A stretch of 24,673 bases of DNA from Crocinitomicaceae bacterium (GCA_044349985.1 JBILIM010000001.1:1-24673), one strand, 5' to 3'; numbered from the stretch's first letter, positions 8,817-16,898 are shown. Made by a program: numbers and translations. Notes: a model not told the origin generated them from the sequence alone.

Positions 8817-11450
8817 TTAATCGAGCAATTTATTGTATTTACTTTTCATTAAGATTAAAAAATCTATTTGTTTATTCAATTGATCTGTTGAAGTGGTATT
8901 ACCTGTTTTTTGTAGTGCTGTTTTCTCCTCCTCTAATTCAATGAGCTGTTCATCAAGTGCAGATAAAATATAATTTACATTTTGTGGTAAGAACAATTTG
9001 GTGTAAAATGCGCCGTTATTTTTAAGGTGCGTGAAAATGTCAATAGACTCTTGCAAAACATCATATACATTGCGCATTACAAAAAATGTAAACGCATTCA
9101 TAGCTCCTACTTCATCAAAACCAATGACTTTACCTTGTAAAAATATGCTTTGGAAAAATTTGAATTCTTCAGCATTTCCGAGAGAGCCGTATATCTGAGC
9201 AACTCCGGCAAGCATGGTAGATGAATTTTCATTTTCCAGAGACCTCGCTTTTTCAAAAGCCAATTCGGGATTAAGCTCTTGTAGATTGCTCAAGCAAGAA
9301 GATAAAACCATATACGATGAGTCAGTTGATAATCTTTCAACCAATAGTTGTTCTACCATTTCACTTTCAGAATTATAAACAAGAAATGCTATAGCGGATT
9401 CACGAACTGAAGAATTTTGGTCTTGTGTGCCAAGTATTTTAATTTTTTCTAATGCCACGTTTTTGTTTTCTCCGGTAAGCTTGGAACATTTTTCAATTGC
9501 CGTCATACGAATTCCCCAGAAAGGGTCATTTAAAGCATCTAATATTAATTTTTCAGCTTCCTTTGTTGTGCCCTTTGTTCCAAATAAGAGTGCATCTTTT
9601 CTGGCCTTAAATCTTTTTCCATTGTAATATTGATATTGATAGTGTTCAACAGGTTTGGTTTCTGTTATTTTCGCTAATAACATCTGTTGATTATCAAACA
9701 CCAAGCAATTTAAATTTCCATTAATAGTAAACTCAAACGTTTCATCAATCTCATCTATAACAATCTTATGAAGTGTAATTCCGGAATTATCGTGAATAGC
9801 TATTTCAACGGGTAATTTATAAATAGGAGATACTTCAAGATCTTGATTTTGTTTTACGTTTAATCTCACGACATGGTTCAAACTATCGATTTCTTGACTT
9901 ACTTTAAGCACGGGATGACCAGATCCCAAAAACCACTGATTAAAAAACCAGTTTAAATCTTCTCCAGAAACTTTTTCGAATGCCAAACGCAGTTGATGAA
10001 ATTCTGCAGGCTGAAACTGATTTTCTTTCAAGTATTGGCTCATTCCACTAAAAAAGGCATCATCTCCGAGGTAATTGCGCAACATGTGTAATATTCTTCC
10101 TCCTTTATTGTAGGAATGACCATCGAACATTTGCTCTTTATCGCTATAATCAAACCAAATAAGATCATGATATCCTTGCATTTGAGCGGATTGGTAATAT
10201 CCATCAGCTTCTTTACCCGCTTGATAATCAGCTTCATCAATACCGTATCTGTATTCATCCCATAAATACTGGGAATAATTTGCGAAAGACTCGTTTAATG
10301 GTAAGTTAGACCAAGACTCGCATGTAACTAAATCTCCAAACCAGTGGTGGAACAATTCATGGGCAATGGTAGACTGATCATTGTTATCCAGAAGCTCCCG
10401 GGATGTTTTGTATACATAATCACCAAAAATGACTGCGCCTGTGTTTTCCATAGCACCTGAAACATAATCTCTTACAACAATTTGATGGTATTTATCCCAT
10501 GGAAATTCATAATTCATCAGTTTAGAGAAGTAGGCAATCATTTCGGGTGTTTCCCCAAAAATTGCCTTTGCATAGGGCTCCCATTTTGGTTCAACGTAGT
10601 AATTTACTTCCATTTTTGTTCCATCTAAACGTGTGTAGGTGTCTTTGACGACTTTAAATTCACCGACCGCCATCATAAATAAATACGGTGCATGCGGTAA
10701 ATCTTGTTTCCAATAATCCGTTCTTGTTCCATTCGAATTGACTTTTGATGAAACCAATTTTCCATTAGATAACGTGGAATATTTAGCGTCTACAGTGATG
10801 TAAATTTCCTGGGTCGTTTTAATATTTGGAGCGTCAATAGTTGGAAACCAAACGGAACTCGCTTCAGTTTCTCCCTGGGTCCAAATTTGTGGCATTACGT
10901 TTTTGTTTTCTCCAGAAGGATTAATAAAGTAGAGTCCTTTATCTGATGTAATGGCTTGACTTCCAGAAGTTTTTCTTTCATTTGGTTTGGATGTGTATTG
11001 AATGGAAACCGTATACGATTCATTCCGATTGTAAAGCCTGTCCAATTTGATTCTTAAATATGAACTGTCGTAAGTATAGGACAAATCTTTAGCATTCATT
11101 TTTACGGACAAAACATCCATTCCTTTTGCATCCAAAATCAAACTGTCCGTATCATAAAAATGTGGCTTAGCAGTGAGGGTAGCGAGTCCATTTAAATAGC
11201 ATTTTTGCCAGTCAAAATTCACTTCTAATTTCGTATGAATTAAATCTGTAACAACAGTTTCAGTGGCGCGATAAGTAGAAACGTTGTCTATGTTGTCTTC
11301 GGAGTTCGTATCAAAATCCAATGGAGACATTCCCTCTTCAATTTCTTGATTTTCTCCGTTTTCAGCAAAAGTATCATTCTCAGAAAAATCCCTTTTGGCG
11401 CAAGCAATTAGAATGGAAATAAGAGGTGTGTAAAATAATAAGCGTTTCAT
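8817..11450 (-). CDS. M1-family zinc aminopeptidase, lipoprotein, with C-terminal HEAT-like repeats
   Basis: GAMEN exopeptidase motif; HELFH...NES (HEXXH-x18-E); YNKGG; lipobox LIAC; helical repeats such as ALNDPFWGIRMTAI and DQNSSVRESAI. Confidence 0.92.
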   Translation of the reverse strand: MKRLLFYTPLISILIACAKRDFSENDTFAENGENQEIEEGMSPLDFDTNSEDNIDNVSTYRATETVVTDLIHTKLEVNFDWQKCYLNGLATLTAKPHFYDTDSLILDAKGMDVLSVKMNAKDLSYTYDSSYLRIKLDRLYNRNESYTVSIQYTSKPNERKTSGSQAITSDKGLYFINPSGENKNVMPQIWTQGETEASSVWFPTIDAPNIKTTQEIYITVDAKYSTLSNGKLVSSKVNSNGTRTDYWKQDLPHAPYLFMMAVGEFKVVKDTYTRLDGTKMEVNYYVEPKWEPYAKAIFGETPEMIAYFSKLMNYEFPWDKYHQIVVRDYVSGAMENTGAVIFGDYVYKTSRELLDNNDQSTIAHELFHHWFGDLVTCESWSNLPLNESFANYSQYLWDEYRYGIDEADYQAGKEADGYYQSAQMQGYHDLIWFDYSDKEQMFDGHSYNKGGRILHMLRNYLGDDAFFSGMSQYLKENQFQPAEFHQLRLAFEKVSGEDLNWFFNQWFLGSGHPVLKVSQEIDSLNHVVRLNVKQNQDLEVSPIYKLPVEIAIHDNSGITLHKIVIDEIDETFEFTINGNLNCLVFDNQQMLLAKITETKPVEHYQYQYYNGKRFKARKDALLFGTKGTTKEAEKLILDALNDPFWGIRMTAIEKCSKLTGENKNVALEKIKILGTQDQNSSVRESAIAFLVYNSESEMVEQLLVERLSTDSSYMVLSSCLSNLQELNPELAFEKARSLENENSSTMLAGVAQIYGSLGNAEEFKFFQSIFLQGKVIGFDEVGAMNAFTFFVMRNVYDVLQESIDIFTHLKNNGAFYTKLFLPQNVNYILSALDEQLIELEEEKTALQKTGNTTSTDQLNKQIDFLILMKSKYNKLLD

Positions 11451-11508
11451 AATGGAAAGATAATGATGTGATACAAATCTGCTTATTTATTTTCAATTCT
11501 TCATACAT

Positions 11509-11541
11509 TTTGTAAAGGAGCCATTGAATATTTTACTTTTG
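11509..11541 (+). promoter_or_regulatory. Canonical Bacteroidota primary-sigma promoter of the biotin-carrier gene
   Basis: TTTG (11509-11512), 21-nt spacer, TACTTTTG (11534-11541), then ATG at 11561. Confidence 0.7.
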
Positions 11542-11560
11542 TAGGAACTAAATTTATCTG

Positions 11561-12025
11561 ATGAGCTCAAAATGGAAATTTGACGGAAATGAAATTTTAG
11601 TGAAAAATGGCGCCAGAATTGAGTGGCACGACCGAAAGTTTTTCACGATTTTACACCAAGGAAAACGATTTAATGGAGAGGTTTGTTTGGATAATTCAGA
11701 GCAAAACGAATTGACACTTAAAATTAATCACCGTGTTTTCCATTTAAAGAAAATGGGTGAGCTTGATGAATTGATAGCATCACTGGGTTTAGATAAGCCA
11801 AAAATCAAAAAGTTAAAAGAAGTTCACGCACCGATGCCCGGCAGAATACTTGACGTGAAAATTGAAATTGGACAAGAGCTTCAAGTTGGAGATGATATTT
11901 TATCGCTCGAAGCGATGAAGATGGAAAATGTTTTAAAGGCTGATGGTTTTGGGAAAGTAAAAGAAATCCTAATTCAATCCAATCAAGTTGTAGAAAAAGG
12001 CGCTACACTTATCGTTTTTGAATAG
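11561..12025 (+). CDS. Stand-alone biotin carboxyl carrier subunit (acyl-CoA carboxylase, BT-like plus biotinyl domain)
   Basis: APMPGRIL...V..GD....LEAMKMEN biotinylation motif; N-terminal ~80 aa extra domain. Confidence 0.9.
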   Translation: MSSKWKFDGNEILVKNGARIEWHDRKFFTILHQGKRFNGEVCLDNSEQNELTLKINHRVFHLKKMGELDELIASLGLDKPKIKKLKEVHAPMPGRILDVKIEIGQELQVGDDILSLEAMKMENVLKADGFGKVKEILIQSNQVVEKGATLIVFE

Positions 12026-12027
12026 CC

Positions 12028-12216
12028 TTACTTTACAGCAAAAGTTCTTTTGATTATTGTGGGATAAACTTTTCCAAATTCTTTAATACACCACGATTTG
12101 AATTTTTTGAGTTCTTCAGGTTCTGTTATCCATCGAAGTGCTTTGTTCAATTCTTTTTGAAACAAAAAGGCGTCGAAGCTGACTTTAGTGAGAATCTTTT
12201 TTGTTAACTCAAGCAT
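12028..12216 (-). CDS. Small hypothetical helical protein (62 aa)
   Basis: ATG with an A-rich leader. It fills the gap without overlap. The pattern MLE..K.IL.KVSFD..LF.KEL.KA..W looks like a small-protein family I recall from Bacteroidota (not verified). Confidence 0.7.
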   Translation of the reverse strand: MLELTKKILTKVSFDAFLFQKELNKALRWITEPEELKKFKSWCIKEFGKVYPTIIKRTFAVK

Positions 12217-12314
12217 AACTTTTCTTTTTTGTTTCTTAAAAATAGCGACAACTCTTTTAGCGAGTTACCAACATTTGTTAAAAATCATGCCAAAATATAT
12301 CAACAAATTTTGGC

Positions 12315-13286
12315 CTAAGGAATGAATTTTTTCTTAATTACCTGGTAGATCTCCAAAGTGGCTGTATCGTATACGTATATCAATAAATGCATGTTTTCAG
12401 CATTGTGAATAGTTGTTTCACCACCTGGACCAAGCTGTTTTGGTAGAATATAGCTATAATCGAGATAATACTTGTCATTTGTCATTAATGAAGGTGTTAA
12501 TACTCGACCCCATGCTGTGCCGTCTAAAGTTCCTCTCATTATGTCTCTATGAACATAGTTTGGGGTGAATACATTTTCAACATTTTGTGGACCCACTAGC
12601 GAGTCTTCTATGATGTAAACAACCATCGCCAAATCATTTGTGATTTGATTGTCAAGTTTTTCAACTTCTGTATGCAAAAAGAATCCGTGTTTTGGCGTTT
12701 CAAAATAATTCACTTTTGCTTTGATTGCGACTTTTAGATTTGAGTTTAATACCGCATCTGATTTCGTTTGCCAAGACCCTGAGGCAGGAAAGTATTCTCC
12801 GTTATCATTTGTTCGATTTACGGTTCCACCAGGATTACCAAAAAAACCTGAATTGGGCAAACTATTCCCAAAGAAAGAACCTAATTCCAATGCAGGGCCA
12901 TTCCAAAAAGGTATGGTATACCCCAAATTACTATTGGTATCTTGAAAAGAGGACATACCGCTTACCGTATTCGATGCGTGCAAACTTGCTATGAAAATAC
13001 GTGAAGGATTGGCTTCATGTATACTGTGAGCAATTTCACCTGCTGCCGGGCAAAAGCTACAATTGTGACCGGTGAAATCTTCAATAATAACATTCCGCTG
13101 TGGGTCATCGTTTGGCAACGTTGAAAAATCAGGCCATTCATTTGCAAGGTATTCACTCCAATTCCCGGGATAAATGGTTGTATCTAAATCTGTATTTATT
13201 GCCTGAGGATAAGGGTTGTCAACTTTGTCACAGGAAGCAAAAACCAAAATGGAAACGATACCGAATAAGAAAAATGTTTTTTTCAT
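12315..13286 (-). CDS. Omp28-related outer-membrane lipoprotein (thioredoxin-like CxxC domain plus Ig-like domain)
   Basis: Lipobox FASC followed by DKVD; VIIEDFTGHNCSFCP; SLH; GNP (cis-Pro position); VYIIEDSLVGPQ...YVHRDIMR. Confidence 0.85.
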   Translation of the reverse strand: MKKTFFLFGIVSILVFASCDKVDNPYPQAINTDLDTTIYPGNWSEYLANEWPDFSTLPNDDPQRNVIIEDFTGHNCSFCPAAGEIAHSIHEANPSRIFIASLHASNTVSGMSSFQDTNSNLGYTIPFWNGPALELGSFFGNSLPNSGFFGNPGGTVNRTNDNGEYFPASGSWQTKSDAVLNSNLKVAIKAKVNYFETPKHGFFLHTEVEKLDNQITNDLAMVVYIIEDSLVGPQNVENVFTPNYVHRDIMRGTLDGTAWGRVLTPSLMTNDKYYLDYSYILPKQLGPGGETTIHNAENMHLLIYVYDTATLEIYQVIKKKFIP

Positions 13287-13299
13287 TTTTGAATGAGAT

Positions 13300-15054
13300 T
13301 TAAAAACTGTGTGTTACAGATAAGGTAAGACCATATGAGGCAGGAACCGGACGGCACACTCCTCCTACACAAAACAATCCTGCTCTTTGTCGTCCAAATG
13401 AGGCAGTAACTCGAGTTGCTTCTCGCACATATCCAACAGTGGCATAGGGGTGGTGTGCACGATATTTTTTGTCTGGATTACCAAAATTATATTGATCCAT
13501 AAGCGCAACAAACCAAGATGAATTGATGGTATATTCAACCAATAAGGTCGCCCAATCGCCTTTATCAACCGGTCTGGCGTCGCCATAATTAATAGTGTTT
13601 TTATTTCCAAAATCTATCATTCTTACGTCATTTTCTAAACTATCGCGACGGTTTACAAATAAGGTTTGAAATTCTGCTCGCAACGACTGCTCAGAATTGA
13701 TTTTGTATCCCAACTCTAAAACGAAGACATTGGTCTTAATTAATCCAACCTCTTTGGTCACACTAGCGACGTCGTTGTTTAAAATGATATTGTAATAACT
13801 TAAAATGGCATTGAAGTTCTTGCTGAACTTCTTAGAAATGTTAAAATTGAAATCTTGCCAATATAAGCTATCACTCATATCAAACAATCCTGTTCTGTAT
13901 GTAATGCCCGTTGAATCCAAGGGGTTTATACCTGAAGTGTGGCGCATGGGTCTGTAGGCACTCGAGTAGTTGAAATTAACAGAAGTGCCGTATTTCCCAC
14001 CAATTTTTGAATTCTTTTTGAACGTATAAAGTACTTCAAATTGATAAGCAATTTCACCAACTGGTTGCGTTGCATAAGGGTATAAAGAGGAAACCAGGTT
14101 GTAGGTGTGCGTTTTATTTAGTGAAGGTAGGTAGTTGATAAGGACATTTTGTAATTGTTTGGTTCGGTCAGATCGGTAACTCATGTTATCCACAGACTTT
14201 GCTGAAAACAAAATACCCAAGCCTTTCTGAGAGTAACCCAAGTTTGCAATTGCTGCATGACCGGGATTATAATTGTATCCGTTGTCTTGAGAAGGATCTT
14301 GACCTTTAGTCATGTATTCAGCGTCGAAGTATACTTTACCATAGCGCAATTTTGCCCGGCCACCATACACGCCAACATTTTGAGGAAGAATGAGTGTAGA
14401 ATTATCATCTTTTTGAAATTTACTCACAAAAGATCCTCCCAGTGTAATTTGAATTTGTTTTCCATTTTTGGTTTTAAGGAAATTTTCTTTTCCAATAGCC
14501 TCATTCAGATTGAGTTCGCCATCAAAGCCACGAACAATTCCAGGGCTGTGATTAATTCTTCCTTCAACAAACTGATAGCGCTGATAGCCATAAACTCCTT
14601 TAATTACAAGACCCTTATGCGGCCTCACTACCAGTTTTAGTCCATCAAGCATGTTGTCATATCCAAGGGCACGATCTTCATAAGCTCTCAAAGAAAGTCC
14701 TGCTCCAAATTGCTCATAAAAAGATCCAACGGTAACATCAATAAATCCATTATCATACCCTACATATCGCATACCCAAACCTGTACCATCGAAGTTAGCA
14801 GGATATCCTTGTATTCTGGGTAAATAGGATTCAAAACGCATTCCTGCCTTGAAATTGCCTTGCGTGTAAAACACGTTCATATAGGAATTTAACAATCCCT
14901 TTTCAAGTGGCTGTGTTGCTTTAATCACACTGTCTTCAAGAAGGTATTGGAAAGTGCTTTCTAAGTTACCTGTAAAGTTTCCCGAGCTGATTTGGGAGAA
15001 AGAGGTATTTAAACCAACTAGGAATAAACACAGAGAATAAAAACTGACTTTCAT
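13300..15054 (-). CDS. Outer-membrane beta-barrel protein, DUF6029-like
   Basis: Signal peptide from MKVSFYSLCLF. The ATG at 15054 is preferred over 15075, which overlaps a -7 box. Alternating Tyr/Phe/Gly beta-strands, C-terminal Phe, and GRQRAGLFCVGGVCRPVP near the end. Family name recalled, not searched. Confidence 0.75.
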   Translation of the reverse strand: MKVSFYSLCLFLVGLNTSFSQISSGNFTGNLESTFQYLLEDSVIKATQPLEKGLLNSYMNVFYTQGNFKAGMRFESYLPRIQGYPANFDGTGLGMRYVGYDNGFIDVTVGSFYEQFGAGLSLRAYEDRALGYDNMLDGLKLVVRPHKGLVIKGVYGYQRYQFVEGRINHSPGIVRGFDGELNLNEAIGKENFLKTKNGKQIQITLGGSFVSKFQKDDNSTLILPQNVGVYGGRAKLRYGKVYFDAEYMTKGQDPSQDNGYNYNPGHAAIANLGYSQKGLGILFSAKSVDNMSYRSDRTKQLQNVLINYLPSLNKTHTYNLVSSLYPYATQPVGEIAYQFEVLYTFKKNSKIGGKYGTSVNFNYSSAYRPMRHTSGINPLDSTGITYRTGLFDMSDSLYWQDFNFNISKKFSKNFNAILSYYNIILNNDVASVTKEVGLIKTNVFVLELGYKINSEQSLRAEFQTLFVNRRDSLENDVRMIDFGNKNTINYGDARPVDKGDWATLLVEYTINSSWFVALMDQYNFGNPDKKYRAHHPYATVGYVREATRVTASFGRQRAGLFCVGGVCRPVPASYGLTLSVTHSF

Positions 15055-15072
15055 GAAATAAGTAATGGTATA

Positions 15073-15104
15073 CAAATGTAATGTAAACCTTTATTTATTT
15101 GCAA
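15073..15104 (-). promoter_or_regulatory. Putative internal promoter for the beta-barrel gene
   Basis: Minus strand TTG (15104-15102), 21-nt spacer, TACATTTG (15080-15073). Confidence 0.4.
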
Positions 15105-15606
15105 TTTCTAAAATGGCTTCGTACAATTTGTTCTCATCACCTGGAGCATAATTGTTGTGTGAGTATACAATGTTACCATCTTTATCAACCAGGAAGGTAT
15201 GGGGCACATTATTTACGCCCATTGCTCTTTTAAAATCTCCATTTGGGTCAAGTAATACTAAATACTCCCAACCTTTACCATTGGCATAAACGGGCACGGA
15301 ACTTTTGGTTTTTTCATCATCAATAGAAACTGCAACTAAATTTACACCTGTTTCCTCCTGCCAATCTGTATATAAATCATGTATTGTGTTCAACTCACGT
15401 TTGCAAGGTGAACACCATGTTGCCCAAAAACTAATAACAACAGGCCCATCAAAACCCAGTTCTCCAGTATTTACTGAATTACCCTCCATATCCGTTAAAT
15501 CAACTGAAGGAAGCTTTTTTACATCACTTGAATGTGCTTCAGTTTCTTGAGAAAAACTAGAAATAGAAACTAAAATAGATAGACAAAACAGAGATAATTT
15601 TTTCAT
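15091..15606 (-). CDS. Exported TlpA/ResA-family thiol-disulfide oxidoreductase
   Basis: Signal peptide; VISFWATWCSPCKRE; VAVSID; LLDPNG; NVPHTFLVDKDG. Confidence 0.92.
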   Translation of the reverse strand: MKKLSLFCLSILVSISSFSQETEAHSSDVKKLPSVDLTDMEGNSVNTGELGFDGPVVISFWATWCSPCKRELNTIHDLYTDWQEETGVNLVAVSIDDEKTKSSVPVYANGKGWEYLVLLDPNGDFKRAMGVNNVPHTFLVDKDGNIVYSHNNYAPGDENKLYEAILEIANK

Positions 15607-15653
15607 GGTTTAAAATTTAATTTGTTCGGGCGTTTCAAAAAACTTGCCAAGTT

Positions 15654-15684
15654 CAAATATACATTAGAATTTAAGGTTGGACAA
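15654..15684 (-). promoter_or_regulatory. Putative promoter of the tlpA-barrel-omp28 operon
   Basis: Minus strand TTG (15684-15682), 20-nt spacer, TATATTTG (15661-15654). Confidence 0.55.
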
Positions 15685-15842
15685 CTATTCATTCTTCATT
15701 ATTCTTGTAATCCTAACTTCATTTTTTACTGCATATTTTTATTTTTTGGTTTGAATGTTGTTAGATCATTTTCAAAAATTGGTATATCTGAGAAAAAAAA
15801 CTTATTTTTAATGTTCAGATTGGTTTCAACAGAAAAACACAT

Positions 15843-16616
15843 ATGAAAAAACTAGTACTTTCTTTAGTTATTATTGCCTTAGGTTATCAGTCTTTCGGGC
15901 AGGGTGATGGCATTTCTATTCAAGTTAATGGAATCGGCGCAGATATTTCCGGAGGTTCACATTCTGTGAATCTTTACGGCACGTCTCCTGATTTGGTTGG
16001 TGGTATTTATGAAGTTAAATTCAAAGTAACCAATACTACAGGTACAGATCAACAATGGAAGATTACACGAAAAAAGATTTCAGTTCCTGCTTCTTGGATT
16101 GACCAAATTTGTTGGCCACCGTTATGTTATAATGCATCAGGAGATGTTTATTCAACGCCTAATTCTGGTGGAAATCCAGCTCCAACAATTGTCGATGGTA
16201 CACATCTAACAACCGACGGCCTCGAAGCAGAACTAAAGCCAAGAATTACCCCCGATGTTAATAATGCAAGTTATGCGATTTATAGGTATTATGTGACGGA
16301 TGTTGTAAGCGGTAATTATTTGGATTCGGTAGATTTAAATATCAATTTTACGTTAAGTACAACTTCTGTTAAACCAAATCCGGTAATTACAGTGAGTCCT
16401 AATCCTGCATCTGAAAATGTTACCATATCATTGGGAACAAGTGATGACGCAAACATCAGGATTGTTGATGGGTTAGGAAAACAAGTGCTTTCAACAAATT
16501 TATACAATGGTCAGAAAACTATTGATGTTTCTGATTTCAAAACAGGTGTCTATATTATCACCATTGATGGTTCAGGCATAAAAGCAGTTAACAAAAAGCT
16601 TATTATAAAGCATTAA
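15843..16616 (+). CDS. T9SS type A cargo protein with a Cys-x4-Cys motif
   Basis: Signal peptide; ICWPPLCY; CTD VSPNPASENVTI...IVDGLGKQV...IDVSDFKTGVYII...KKLIIK. Confidence 0.88.
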   Translation: MKKLVLSLVIIALGYQSFGQGDGISIQVNGIGADISGGSHSVNLYGTSPDLVGGIYEVKFKVTNTTGTDQQWKITRKKISVPASWIDQICWPPLCYNASGDVYSTPNSGGNPAPTIVDGTHLTTDGLEAELKPRITPDVNNASYAIYRYYVTDVVSGNYLDSVDLNINFTLSTTSVKPNPVITVSPNPASENVTISLGTSDDANIRIVDGLGKQVLSTNLYNGQKTIDVSDFKTGVYIITIDGSGIKAVNKKLIIKH

Positions 16617-16643
16617 GGTAAAATTAGTAGACTTTCTTTTAAG

Positions 16644-16822
16644 AACTAATGTACCATTCTTGATTCCCAAAGTCAAGCAATTGTAATTGTTGCGCGGTAC
16701 TGATAGCGTCAAATAGTAAACAGCAATACCTAACACAATTGAGTACAGAGTGGTACAACATACAGTATCATGGTCAACTTGTGCGTGGGATGGTCTATCA
16801 CAAATGCTTACTGTATGTTTTT
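16644..16822 (+). ncRNA. Structured non-coding RNA; best candidate 6S RNA (Bacteroidota 6S-Flavo type), ends approximate
   Basis: Helices 16650-16660/16747-16757 (11 bp, one G-U), 16678-16684/16735-16741, 16686-16692/16721-16727 (one G-U) and 16757-16767/16809-16819 (11 bp perfect). G-U pairs favour the plus strand. About 39% GC versus about 26% in the adjacent intergenic DNA (hand count). CUUGA and UACAG motifs recall the 6S closing-stem/bubble junction. Confidence 0.55.
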
Positions 16823-16868
16823 CGATAAACAGGTTCCTAAATTCAAATATTTCAAACTTTATGAAAAT

Positions 16869-16898
16869 AAAAAAGGCTGATCCCCATCAGCCTTTTTT
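16869..16898. terminator. Bidirectional intrinsic terminator
   Basis: AAAAAAGGCTGAT-CCCC-ATCAGCCTTTTTT, with U tracts on both strands, between convergent transcription units. Confidence 0.9.

Noticed and set aside
12250-12266. AACTC/GAGTT hairpin upstream of the 62-aa gene
   Set aside because: Only 5 Watson-Crick pairs; too weak to call.
15688-15723. CTTCATT repeats 23 nt apart in the divergent promoter as possible LytTR boxes
   Set aside because: Short, low-complexity and AT-rich; expected by chance.
16640-16830. Hammerhead, twister, or cobalamin/TPP/c-di-GMP riboswitch identity for the structured RNA
   Set aside because: CTGATAG does not fit the hammerhead CUGAnGA core. The twister-like fragments are in the wrong order. 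The riboswitch cores are absent and no gene lies downstream on that strand.
16572-16886. 104-codon stop-free frame on the minus strand across the structured RNA, with a hydrophobic stretch
   Set aside because: No ATG until the last 13 codons. It begins inside the terminator and overlaps the T9SS gene end. The RNA structure explains the region better.
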